Of a DNA stretch of 24,000 nt, positions 16,049 through 24,000 are shown piece by piece. Within the stretch, counting starts at the first letter, position 1. The number at the start of each line of letters is the position of its first letter. The position numbers were made by a program, and so were the translations under genes. The notes under the pieces are model-generated. The model saw nothing but the letters and a program-made list of their open reading frames with translations. It did no database searches and was not told where the DNA came from. Source of the stretch: Rhizobium leguminosarum bv. viciae USDA 2370 (GTDB lineage Bacteria > Pseudomonadota > Alphaproteobacteria > Rhizobiales > Rhizobiaceae); the NCBI RefSeq assembly GCF_002008365.1, contig NZ_MRDL01000036.1, positions 151,676 to 175,675 on the forward strand, in the 5' to 3' direction.

Positions 16049-17176
16049 TCAGCCGATCCTTTTTCTGGTGCTGCGGGCGGCAAGCATGAACATGATGGCG
16101 CCGATCGTCAGCATGACCGATATCGCCTGCAGGAACATCGGCCAGATGTCGCCGGCGAGGAACACCGTCTGCAGGCTGGGGATCAGGTAACGCGCCGGCA
16201 CGATGAAGGTGATCCACTGGATCACCACCGGCATGGAATTGATCTCGAAGAGGAAGCCAGACAGCAGAAAGGCCGGTAGAAAGGCGGTAATCAGCGCCAG
16301 CTGCGAGGCGAGGAACTGGTTCTTCGTTGCCGTCGAGATCAACAGGCCCTGGCCGAGCGCCGGGATCAGGAAGGCGGCCGACAATGCGTAAAGAGCAGCG
16401 ACGGAGCCGCGGAACGGCACGCCGAAGAGGAAGACCGCAAGCAGCACGCAGAGCGTCATCGAGGTGAGGCCGAGCAGGAAATAGGGCAGGATCTTGCCTG
16501 CGAGCAGCTCGACCGCCGTCACCGGCGTCGCCATCATCGCCTCCATTGTGCCGCGCTCCCATTCGCGAGCGACGACGAGCGAGGTCAGGAGCGTGCCGAC
16601 CAGCGTCATGACGATTGCGATCGAGCCCGGCACAAGGAAATTGCGGCTGGTCAGTTCGGGATTGAACCAGAAGCGTTGCTCGACCGAGATGGCAGGACTC
16701 TGCACGGCGACGTCCGCCTGCCTCTGCCGCTCCCAGTTGGCGACGGCGCCCTGGGCATAATTCTGCACGAAATTCGCGGTGTTCGGATCGGAGCCGTCGA
16801 CGATCACCTGGATACCGGGGCGGTTGCCGGCGGTGTAGCGCGTGGTGAAGTCGGCCGGAATGACGACGATGCCGCGCACCTTGCCGAGCACGAGGTCTTC
16901 CTCGAACAGACGCCGGTCGCGTCCCATGGCGACATCAAAATAGCGCGAGGCCTGGAAACTGGCCGACAGATCCTGTGTCAGCGGCGTCATCTCCTCGGTC
17001 ACGAGGCCGATGCGCGTGCGGGTGGTATCGAGCGAGACGCCGTAGCCGAAAAGAAAGAGCAGGATCAGCGGCAGCACGAAGGCGATGAGGATGCTGCTCG
17101 GATCGCGGATCGCCTGGAAGCTTTCCTTGCGCACCAGAGCTGAAAGACGCCGAAGCCTGCCGGAAGAGGCGCTCAT
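16049..17176 (-). CDS. ABC-2 type transporter permease (YbhS-like)
   Basis: [50 protein letters not shown]...REWERGTMEAMMATPVTAVELLAGKILPYFLLG. Confidence 0.88.
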   Translation of the reverse strand: MSASSGRLRRLSALVRKESFQAIRDPSSILIAFVLPLILLFLFGYGVSLDTTRTRIGLVTEEMTPLTQDLSASFQASRYFDVAMGRDRRLFEEDLVLGKVRGIVVIPADFTTRYTAGNRPGIQVIVDGSDPNTANFVQNYAQGAVANWERQRQADVAVQSPAISVEQRFWFNPELTSRNFLVPGSIAIVMTLVGTLLTSLVVAREWERGTMEAMMATPVTAVELLAGKILPYFLLGLTSMTLCVLLAVFLFGVPFRGSVAALYALSAAFLIPALGQGLLISTATKNQFLASQLALITAFLPAFLLSGFLFEINSMPVVIQWITFIVPARYLIPSLQTVFLAGDIWPMFLQAISVMLTIGAIMFMLAARSTRKRIG

Positions 17177-18918
17177 GCGGCATCCTCCGCTTCCGATTGC
17201 TGGACGAGGGCGATGAAGGCATCCTCCATCGTCGGGTCCGGCTGCTCCTTGGTCGCGATCCGGGCCTTCAATTCATCGGGCGAGCCGAGCGCAATCGAGC
17301 GGCCGCGGTAGATCAGCGAGATGCGGTCGCAATATTCCGCCTCGTCCATGAAATGGGTGGTGACGAGCACGGTGACGCCCTTTTCGACCAGCGCATTGAT
17401 ATGCGTCCAGAATTCGCGCCGGGTAATCGGATCGACTCCGGAAGTCGGTTCGTCGAGGAAGAGGGCGCGCGGCTCGTGCATGACGGCGCAGGCTAGCGCC
17501 AACCGCTGCTTCAGGCCGAGTGGTAGGTCCTTGGCCGGTTGGCCGATATGGCGGCCGAAATCGAAGATGCCGGCCATGAGATCGATGCGCTCGCGCCGGT
17601 GTTTTCCGCGAAGCCCATAGACACCAGAGAAGAATTCGAGGTTCTGCATGACTGTGAGATCACCGTAGAGCGAGAACTTCTGCGCCATGTAGCCGAGCTG
17701 GTTGCGGGCTTCGGCGGCATCGCGGCGAAGATCGAAACCAGCAACACGGCCTTCGCCGCCGGTCGGCTTCAGCAGGCCACAGAGCATCTTGAAGGTGGTG
17801 GACTTGCCGGCGCCGTTCGGACCGAGCAGGCCGAAGATCTCGCCACGGCGGATATCGAAGCTGATGTCATCGGCAGCGGTGAAATCACCGAAGCGCTTGG
17901 TCAGTCCCTTGGCCTCGATCACCGGCCGATCGCCATCATCCTTCACTGGCTCCTGCGCCTCTGCCAGCCGCGAGCGGCCGCCGGGACCGCCGCCCAGCAT
18001 GTCGATGAAGGCATCCTCGAAGCGCGGCGGGGCAGGGGCGAGCGTTGCGCCATCGCCCGCCTTGCCGATATCGGGCTTCTTGCCCTTCGCCGCGACGATG
18101 CGGATCGCCTCGCCCTGGATCACGCCGTCGATGACGCCATCGGCCTGCAGGAGTTCGGCGAGCACCTGCCGGCGGCGGCCGCTGACATCGGATACCCTGA
18201 AGACCCGGTCCTTGACGCGCTCGGTCATTTCCATCGGTTTTCCCGAAAAGAGCAGCTTGCCCTGGTTCAAAAGCAGCACGTGATCGCAGGCTTCCGCCTC
18301 ATCCAGATAAGCGGTTGACCAGAGCACGCCGATGCCTTCCTTCGTCAGGTTCTCGACCATCTTCCAAAGGTCGCGGCGCGAGATCGGATCGACGCCGACG
18401 CCCGGCTCGTCGAGCAGCAGCAGGCGCGGCTTCTTCAGAAGCGCGCAGGCAAGGCCGAGCTTCTGCTTCATGCCGCCGGAGAGTTTTCCGGCCAGCCTGC
18501 CGGTGAAGCGTTTGAGGTCGGTGAAGGTGAGCAATTCGTCGAAGGCGCCTGCTCGTTCGCTCTTCGGCAGGCCGCGCAGATCGGCATAGAGATCGAGGTT
18601 TTCCTGCACCGAGAGGTCCTCATAGAGACCGAAGCGCTGCGGCATGTAGCCGATCGCCGCCTGGATGCCGGCAGCGTTTTTGCGCGTATCGAAGCCGAGA
18701 ACCTCCATCGTTCCCACGTCGGGCAACATCAGACCGGTCATCAGGCGGATCAGCGTTGTCTTGCCGGCGCCATCAGGGCCGACGAGGCCGGTGATTGCGC
18801 CGCCGCCGATCGCGCCGGAGACGGCGTCAAGGGCGGCCGGCGCGGTGCCGAAGCGCTTGGTGACGCCGTCGATCCGGACGAGCGGCTTGTCGTCCCGGCC
18901 GGTCTCGGCGGCGCTCAT
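17173..18918 (-). CDS. ABC transporter with two fused ATP-binding domains (YbhF-like)
   Basis: Two Walker A motifs ([18 protein letters not shown]), two signature motifs ([15 protein letters not shown]; [15 protein letters not shown]) in one 581-aa ORF. Confidence 0.9.
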   Translation of the reverse strand: MSAAETGRDDKPLVRIDGVTKRFGTAPAALDAVSGAIGGGAITGLVGPDGAGKTTLIRLMTGLMLPDVGTMEVLGFDTRKNAAGIQAAIGYMPQRFGLYEDLSVQENLDLYADLRGLPKSERAGAFDELLTFTDLKRFTGRLAGKLSGGMKQKLGLACALLKKPRLLLLDEPGVGVDPISRRDLWKMVENLTKEGIGVLWSTAYLDEAEACDHVLLLNQGKLLFSGKPMEMTERVKDRVFRVSDVSGRRRQVLAELLQADGVIDGVIQGEAIRIVAAKGKKPDIGKAGDGATLAPAPPRFEDAFIDMLGGGPGGRSRLAEAQEPVKDDGDRPVIEAKGLTKRFGDFTAADDISFDIRRGEIFGLLGPNGAGKSTTFKMLCGLLKPTGGEGRVAGFDLRRDAAEARNQLGYMAQKFSLYGDLTVMQNLEFFSGVYGLRGKHRRERIDLMAGIFDFGRHIGQPAKDLPLGLKQRLALACAVMHEPRALFLDEPTSGVDPITRREFWTHINALVEKGVTVLVTTHFMDEAEYCDRISLIYRGRSIALGSPDELKARIATKEQPDPTMEDAFIALVQQSEAEDAA

Positions 18919-19928
18919 TGTCCGCCCGCTGTCGGCGTGGGAAAGCGAACGGTGACCGGCATGCCTTGGCGCAGATCCGGGCCGGGCTTGTCGATGACGA
19001 TCCTCAGGCGATAGACGAGGTCGGTCCGGAGCTCCGGCGTCTCCACCGATTTCGGGGTGAACTCGGCGACCGGCGAGATGAAGCCGATCGTGCCTTCATA
19101 GGGCTTGTCGGGCGACGTATCGGAGGCGACAGAAACCTTCATGCCGGGATGGATGCGGCCGAGATCAGGCTCGGCGACATAGCTGCGCACCCAGACAGGT
19201 TCGGTCAGAGATAACACGAAGACCGTGTCCGCCGGCGAAACGATCGCGCCATTTTCCCGCACGCGCGAGAGGATGACGCCGTCGTTCGGGGCGCGCAGCT
19301 CGGTATCATCGAGCGAAGTGCGGGCGGAGGCGAGTGTTGCCTGAGCCGCCTTCAACTGGGCGTCGGCGGAGGCGATATCCTCAACACGGGAGCCTTCCAG
19401 CAGCAGTTTCAGTGCTTCGTTGGCGGAATCGGAGCGTGCGGCGGCCATCGCCCTTGCGGCAGTCGCCTGGTCGAGGCTCGCCTCAGAGATTGTGCCCTGC
19501 GGGCGCAACTGGCGGGCGCGGTCATAGGCGAGGTTGGCATTGCGGAGATCGGCGAGACTTTCGTCATAGGCGGCGCGCGCTTGGGCGATCTCGGTCGGCC
19601 GCGGACCGGCCTTCAGCTTGTCGAGCGTCGCCTGAAGGGCTGCGGCATTGGCCTCGCCCGAGCGGACCGCGAATTCATAAGGAGCTGCATCGAGCTTTGC
19701 GAGAACGTCTCCGCTCTTGATGACGTCGCCTTCGTCGGCGTGGAGTTCGGCGAGGCGGCCGCTGACACGGAAGCCGAGCGAGACCTGACGGATATCGACA
19801 TTGCCGTAAAGGACGAATTCGCGGCTGGCCTCTGGCAACCAGCCGAGCTTTTGGGGCAGGGCGTACCACCAGGCGGCGGCCCCTGCCGCAACGAGAAGAA
19901 GGATGGCGATGGGAAGGATGCGTTTCAT
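18915..19928 (-). CDS. HlyD-family membrane fusion/periplasmic adaptor protein (YbhG-like)
   Basis: [25 protein letters not shown]...[49 protein letters not shown]; lipoyl/hairpin features. Confidence 0.9.
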   Translation of the reverse strand: MKRILPIAILLLVAAGAAAWWYALPQKLGWLPEASREFVLYGNVDIRQVSLGFRVSGRLAELHADEGDVIKSGDVLAKLDAAPYEFAVRSGEANAAALQATLDKLKAGPRPTEIAQARAAYDESLADLRNANLAYDRARQLRPQGTISEASLDQATAARAMAAARSDSANEALKLLLEGSRVEDIASADAQLKAAQATLASARTSLDDTELRAPNDGVILSRVRENGAIVSPADTVFVLSLTEPVWVRSYVAEPDLGRIHPGMKVSVASDTSPDKPYEGTIGFISPVAEFTPKSVETPELRTDLVYRLRIVIDKPGPDLRQGMPVTVRFPTPTAGGQ

Positions 19929-20626
19929 GCTGCACTTCCATTCAGCGGGCCGATGGCATCGACCAGCTCTGCGGCCAGGCCGCGCACGGTTTCCACCTGT
20001 TCGGGGCCGACGCCATCCCACTCCATCTGGGCGAGCACGGCTGCATGGGCAACGCGAAAGACGAGGATGCTGCCGAGAAGGGTGAAGGTGCGCAGGCGCA
20101 CATGTTCCGAGGCGGGATCCTCATGAAGGATGGCGCCGATCAGCCGCCGGCCCATCTCAATCATCGGCCGCATGAGGCCCTGATAGACCCGTGTGAAGGC
20201 TTCCGTCGGTTCCATCTGCTCGCGGATCAGGAAGCGCGCCCAGGATTCGGATTCCCTGCCGACAAACAGCGTCACCATGGTCTGCAAAATCTCGGTCAGG
20301 AAATGGCGGGCCTCAGCTTCACCAAGCGGTTTGCCTGCAGCATCGAGCGCCAACAGATGCGCGCCGACGCGCGCCCTCATGTCACCGACATGCGTATTGA
20401 TCCGCATCATCAGATATTCGGCCGTGGCGATGTAGAGGCCTTCCTTGCTGCCGAAGTAATAGGGGATGGCCTGCAGGTTGACGCCGGCCGCTTCCGTGAG
20501 CTGGCGCGTCGAGGCGCCGTCGAAGCCATAGCGGCCGAAGACGTCGAGGGCAGCGGACAGCATCTTCTGGCGTGCGATCTCTGCACGGGCGGAGGCCGGT
20601 GGCTGGTTGTCGTGTTCTTGGGTCAT
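19925..20626 (-). CDS. TetR family regulator, CecR (YbiH)-like with C-terminal DUF1956-type domain
   Basis: [73 protein letters not shown]; first gene of the exporter operon. Confidence 0.88.
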   Translation of the reverse strand: MTQEHDNQPPASARAEIARQKMLSAALDVFGRYGFDGASTRQLTEAAGVNLQAIPYYFGSKEGLYIATAEYLMMRINTHVGDMRARVGAHLLALDAAGKPLGEAEARHFLTEILQTMVTLFVGRESESWARFLIREQMEPTEAFTRVYQGLMRPMIEMGRRLIGAILHEDPASEHVRLRTFTLLGSILVFRVAHAAVLAQMEWDGVGPEQVETVRGLAAELVDAIGPLNGSAA

Positions 20627-20632
20627 GACAAT

Positions 20633-20676
20633 TTTATAGCATTGGCAGGGAAATAAGTCAATCGATTGATATATTT
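20633..20676 (-). promoter_or_regulatory. Promoter with overlapping dyad operator for the CecR-like/exporter operon
   Basis: Minus strand: TTGACT (20661-20656), 17-nt spacer, TATAAA (20638-20633). The -35 overlaps perfect palindrome TCAATCGATTGA (20658-20669), with A/T-rich complementary flanks to 20651 and 20676. Confidence 0.65.
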
Positions 20677-20692
20677 TAGGCGGCGCTATCAC

Positions 20693-20720
20693 TCTTGCCT
20701 TCGCTGATGCGAAGGCAAGA
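20693..20720. other. Strong hairpin: TCTTGCCTTCG-CTGATG-CGAAGGCAAGA
   Basis: 11-bp perfect arms with 6-nt loop; downstream of the PLD-like gene on the minus strand, no U-tract. Confidence 0.7.
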
Positions 20721-20784
20721 ACCAGAAGAAGGCATCCGCTATCCGGATGTCTTCAATTCGATGGACGCAATGCTTGGGTGGCGA

Positions 20785-22875
20785 TCAGAGGCCTAGGAAG
20801 TAATCCCGGCTCGACGGAGCCTTGGCAGGGGCAAACCAACGCCCCTGCCAGCTTGCCTTGGCGTTGAGGAAGCCACCCGATTCCGCCTTGGGCGGCCGGC
20901 CTGTGGCAATCAACGACTGGCGCAATTCCTCCTGCAGCTTGGCGCGCAGGACATAGTGGTCATAGACGTCGAGAATGTGGATCGCATAGGCGACGGCAAG
21001 CGACTGGTTGCCGCGGACGATCAGCAGGTTCTCGTCGTTCTGGTAGGAGGCCTTGTAACCCAAGTTGTGGCTGCCGGTGATGACAGTGCAATTGTCAGGA
21101 TGGAGCGGGTCGATGACGACGATCTTGTCGTGGATGATCGCGTGGCCGGCGCTCAGCAATTCGGGACGAAGATCGCCGAACTGGGCGGAGATGGCCGCTG
21201 CGCGCACCATGACGACACGGCCGGTATCGCCGTCCGGCCACCAGATCGCCCGCTGCGGCAGGTCCCTGACCTCGCCACCCGGCTGATGGACATAGGTTGT
21301 GGGTTCACCGGGTTTTGCCGGCGGCAGTGCTGCCGGATTGCTGATCGCGCCCTGGACGAGCAGGTCCGGTCGCTTGACGGCAAGCTCCGCTGCCTGGCCG
21401 ATGACGTTCTGTTCGCCGCGCACACCGGGATAGAAGGTGAGGAACAGGATGGCGCTGTCGGCATGCTCCATCAGCGAATAGACGCGGCTGAGATCGACGG
21501 GTGTCGGTGAAGTCTTGTTCTTGCTCGGCGCCTTGGTGTTGGGTGAAAACAGGATTTCGACGGTGGTCTTTCCGTCCTTCAGCGTCACCGGCCCGGTCGG
21601 CGCGGCATTCGCCAAGCGCAGGGCGGGGCCCTGCACGCCCTTGCTCGGGGCAAAGCCCTCGGCGGTCTCACCATGGTTGGAAACGGTCAGCGGAACGCCC
21701 ACAGGTTGCGGATCGTCCCGCAGAAGCTTCCAATAGGCGAGGAAACGGGCGGCGACATTCTTGTCCTCGATCAGGATGACGTTGTTCGACTGGGTGCAGA
21801 GGCCGGTTTCGGTCCAGTTGGTGCTGCCGGTCATCACGGCTCGCGCGACGCCACCCTCGACATAGACGGCGAACTTGTTGTGGCCGATATGGCTGTTGTT
21901 GTTGAAGAGGCGATCCTGCATGCGCTCTGCCGCGGGAGCGGCGGCATGGAGGCCGATGCGTGCATCATGGTTGCCGGTGTCCCAGACGACCAGTTTCCTC
22001 GGCAGCGGGTCGCCCTTCTTGTTGAGATCGGTCGAGCCCGAGGTGGAAAGGATCACATGCGCCTTGCCGGCCTTGACCAGTGCCGTCAGCCGCTCGATCA
22101 GTTCGGGATCGTGCAGCTCGTAGAGCGCGAGATAGAGCTCGCCGTTGCCCGTCTCGGCGCGGTCGATCAGCATCGTCAGGAAGCTCAGCACATCGGCGGT
22201 CAGGAACAGGCGGATTGGATCGCCCTTTTTCGGGATGTGGGCCTTCAGCGTCTTCAGCAGGCCTTCGGTAATGCGCATCGCCGGGCCGGGGGCAATATTC
22301 TCCGGCTTGACGCCCTGGACCTTTTCCAGCTGGCGCAGCAGGTTCTGCGTCGAAAGGATGCCGTTGGTATAGGTCGCCTTGATGGCGCCGCCGCCCGGGA
22401 AATCATGGGTGACGTCGATGCTCTCGGTCTTGAAGGGTTCGTCCAGAAAAAAGAGCGGCCGTGGCGGCCCGACATAACGCGGCTTGCCGTTTTCATCGCG
22501 ATAGGGGGCGGTGTCGGAGGCGGGAACCGGTTTCCGGCCGGGGCCCGCAAGGCCGAGCGGCGTAATTTCATAGTGAATCCTGAAATCGATCGGCCGAACG
22601 GTCGCCTCGTCGCGGGAGCGGCGCAGCGTCAGGTCGCGCCATTGATATTGCTGGATCGGCCAGACCGAACTGTCCTGCTCCAGCCAGTCTGGATTCGACT
22701 GGTCGGTAAAAGCGATCCAGGTCGGCAGGATGCGCCGGGCTCCGGCCTCCGGCCCGGTCTCGTGTACGCGGGTGATCATGAAGCCGAGGCAATCGGCAAT
22801 CGGGCCGTCAGCCATCCAGGCGAGGTAGGCGACCTCGCCGTTGCACCATGCGCCTGCCTTGGTAATCCTTCCCAT
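20785..22875 (-). CDS. Phospholipase D-like domain-containing protein, two HKD-type regions
   Basis: 696 aa; HNKFAVYVEGGVARAVMTGSTNWTETG and HDKIVVIDPLHPDNCTVITGSHNLG. No obvious signal peptide. GGGAGG upstream of ATG. Confidence 0.82.
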   Translation of the reverse strand: MGRITKAGAWCNGEVAYLAWMADGPIADCLGFMITRVHETGPEAGARRILPTWIAFTDQSNPDWLEQDSSVWPIQQYQWRDLTLRRSRDEATVRPIDFRIHYEITPLGLAGPGRKPVPASDTAPYRDENGKPRYVGPPRPLFFLDEPFKTESIDVTHDFPGGGAIKATYTNGILSTQNLLRQLEKVQGVKPENIAPGPAMRITEGLLKTLKAHIPKKGDPIRLFLTADVLSFLTMLIDRAETGNGELYLALYELHDPELIERLTALVKAGKAHVILSTSGSTDLNKKGDPLPRKLVVWDTGNHDARIGLHAAAPAAERMQDRLFNNNSHIGHNKFAVYVEGGVARAVMTGSTNWTETGLCTQSNNVILIEDKNVAARFLAYWKLLRDDPQPVGVPLTVSNHGETAEGFAPSKGVQGPALRLANAAPTGPVTLKDGKTTVEILFSPNTKAPSKNKTSPTPVDLSRVYSLMEHADSAILFLTFYPGVRGEQNVIGQAAELAVKRPDLLVQGAISNPAALPPAKPGEPTTYVHQPGGEVRDLPQRAIWWPDGDTGRVVMVRAAAISAQFGDLRPELLSAGHAIIHDKIVVIDPLHPDNCTVITGSHNLGYKASYQNDENLLIVRGNQSLAVAYAIHILDVYDHYVLRAKLQEELRQSLIATGRPPKAESGGFLNAKASWQGRWFAPAKAPSSRDYFLGL

Positions 22876-23250
22876 GCCTGCCTCCCGCCCGTTGTTTGCT
22901 CAGACCACGATTGCATCCGCCATGACGATGAAGATCGCATGCGCCTGCCATGCCACCCGTTGCCGGGGCAATTGGCTCTGCAGGCATGCGCACCCCAGAT
23001 CTCGAGTGAACCAACTCTATCGTCGGTTGAGTCCATTTCAACACATATAGGCTAACGATACTAAAGTAACGTGACATCGCTCATGGCGGGACGCGTGCCT
23101 GATTGGGATCGAGATGCGCGGTTCAGCGTCTATCGGATCTGGCGATCTCAGCTGTTCCGGAAAGAAGGCAAAGAGGCCCGTGGAGAACGGACCTCTCAGG
23201 GTTCTCGGGGTGGGAAGAGGAACCAAGCCTCGGGGTCGGCTGCTAACAGG

Positions 23251-23269
23251 TAGCGATACAATATCGCTA
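23251..23269. promoter_or_regulatory. Inverted repeat TAGCGATA-CAA-TATCGCTA
   Basis: 8-bp perfect arms with 3-nt spacer in an intergenic region upstream of a short ORF. Confidence 0.4.
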
Positions 23270-23393
23270 ATTTTCACGACACTAATATGTCTGCTGCCTG
23301 CCGACTGCGAAATAAAAGAAGTGCCACTTTTTGTGATTCCTGTGGCTATGTTTTGACACAAAACTGCCTTGCTCTTTCCGTATCGCCGGTTCG

Positions 23394-23546
23394 ATGCGTA
23401 TTCAGATTTATATCATCGCGCTGCTGCTCAGCGCCATCATGTGGTCGATCTCGTTCGATGCGGCGCGAGAATCCTATCATGCCGCGCAAAGCGCAGGATT
23501 GATGCCGAACCTGCACCTCAACAAGAAGCTGGATCGCATTCTGTAG
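23394..23546 (+). CDS. Possible small (50 aa) membrane/secreted protein
   Basis: MRIQIYIIALLLSAIMWSISFDAARESYHAAQSAGLMPNLHLNKKLDRIL: N-terminal hydrophobic helix. Below the supplied ORF track cutoff. No clear Shine-Dalgarno sequence. Confidence 0.35.
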   Translation: MRIQIYIIALLLSAIMWSISFDAARESYHAAQSAGLMPNLHLNKKLDRIL

Positions 23547-23595
23547 ACTGCGATGCAGCGTCCAGGTCATCAACACGTTTTCTGATGTTGCGTTG

Positions 23596-23624
23596 TTGGC
23601 CTGCAGGCCAGCAGACATTTTTCC
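23596..23624 (+). terminator. Possible rho-independent terminator
   Basis: TGTTGGCC-TGCA-GGCCAGCA (8-bp stem including one G-U), then GACA, then TTTTT; 50 bp after the short ORF. Confidence 0.45.
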
Positions 23625-23654
23625 TTGTGCGTCCCGAGCCCTTCCGGACAGAAA

Positions 23655-23676
23655 GTCAAATTTCGTAAAATTTGAC
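23655..23676. promoter_or_regulatory. Perfect inverted repeat GTCAAATTT-CGTA-AAATTTGAC, candidate operator
   Basis: 9-bp arms with 4-nt spacer; overlaps -35-like TTGACC (23672-23677); upstream of CDS at 23812. Confidence 0.6.
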
Positions 23677-23811
23677 CGATCCGCTTAAAAGCCCTGAAAA
23701 TACTGATGTGTAGAGTGGCCTCATGAAAGCGACCGAGGCGTGGACAGACGCATCGATCGTTTGGAGCCGGGCAAACCGAAAGCCCGCCGATCAGCAAACG
23801 GGGACTTCGAC

Positions 23812-24000
23812 ATGCACAGAACTCTTGCCGCCATCGCCTTGACTCTGACCATCGCCGCCGCTGCCGAGCCGGCCTTCGCCATCGGTCCAGCCAGCCTTGC
23901 CCGCGATCTGATGTACACCTCCGCCATCGGCCATTCACCCGAGGTTCCGTTGACGACACGCGCCGGTTTCGTGCGCCCTGGCGTTCCTTTCGTCCTGCGC
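23812..24000 (+). CDS. Secreted hypothetical protein (C-terminus outside window)
   Basis: MHRTLAAIALTLTIAAAAEPAFAIGPASLARDLMYTSAIGHSPEVPLTTRAGFVRPGVPFVLR...: signal peptide, open to the right edge. Confidence 0.6.
   Translation, partial: MHRTLAAIALTLTIAAAAEPAFAIGPASLARDLMYTSAIGHSPEVPLTTRAGFVRPGVPFVLR

Noticed and set aside
15346-16089. 247-aa plus-strand ORF opposite the ABC permease
   Set aside because: Antisense to a clear ABC-2 permease.
22256-23055. C-terminal/N-terminal parts of the 460-aa plus-strand ORF 21673..23055 opposite the PLD-like gene
   Set aside because: Antisense shadow of a gene with recognisable HKD motifs.
23071-23253. 60-aa plus-strand ORF MTSLMAGRVPDWDRDARFSVYRIW...
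   Set aside because: Arg/Gly/Ser-rich, no ribosome-binding site or domain seen; likely random.

Overview
This is a high-GC window that reads as Rhizobiaceae chromosome (inference from protein families and gene order). Every large, well-supported gene resembles a known family. From left to right it contains: (1) a membrane/envelope stress pair (holin-like membrane protein, partial, and a DUF883/ElaB-YqjD-like protein); (2) a haem uptake operon hmuP-hmuS-hmuT-hmuU-hmuV on the minus strand, divergent from a secreted small protein plus a long TonB; (3) a plus-strand four-gene cluster (Cys-rich DUF2325 protein, 90-aa hypothetical, IsdG-like haem monooxygenase, and a VOC/bleomycin-resistance-like gene with an apparent frameshift); (4) a DUF423 protein and a group II truncated haemoglobin; (5) a TetR regulator with an SMR efflux pump; (6) a ThuA-like protein with a Gfo/Idh/MocA dehydrogenase; (7) a winged-helix/TolB-like/TPR regulator; (8) a small glycine-rich secreted protein followed by a strong UUCG-loop terminator; (9) a TetR (CecR-like)-HlyD-dual ATPase-two-permease export operon resembling ybhGFSR; (10) an orphan phospholipase-D-like protein with one canonical and one degenerate HKD motif; (11) a small-ORF region and a secreted protein running off the right edge. 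I see no CRISPR array, transposon, rRNA or tRNA, and no clearly novel multi-gene defence-type system. The best leads are the putatively iron-regulated DUF2325/90-aa/IsdG-like cluster, the orphan PLD protein, the short-ORF/terminator unit near 23.4-23.6 kb, and several perfect inverted repeats positioned over promoter-like elements.
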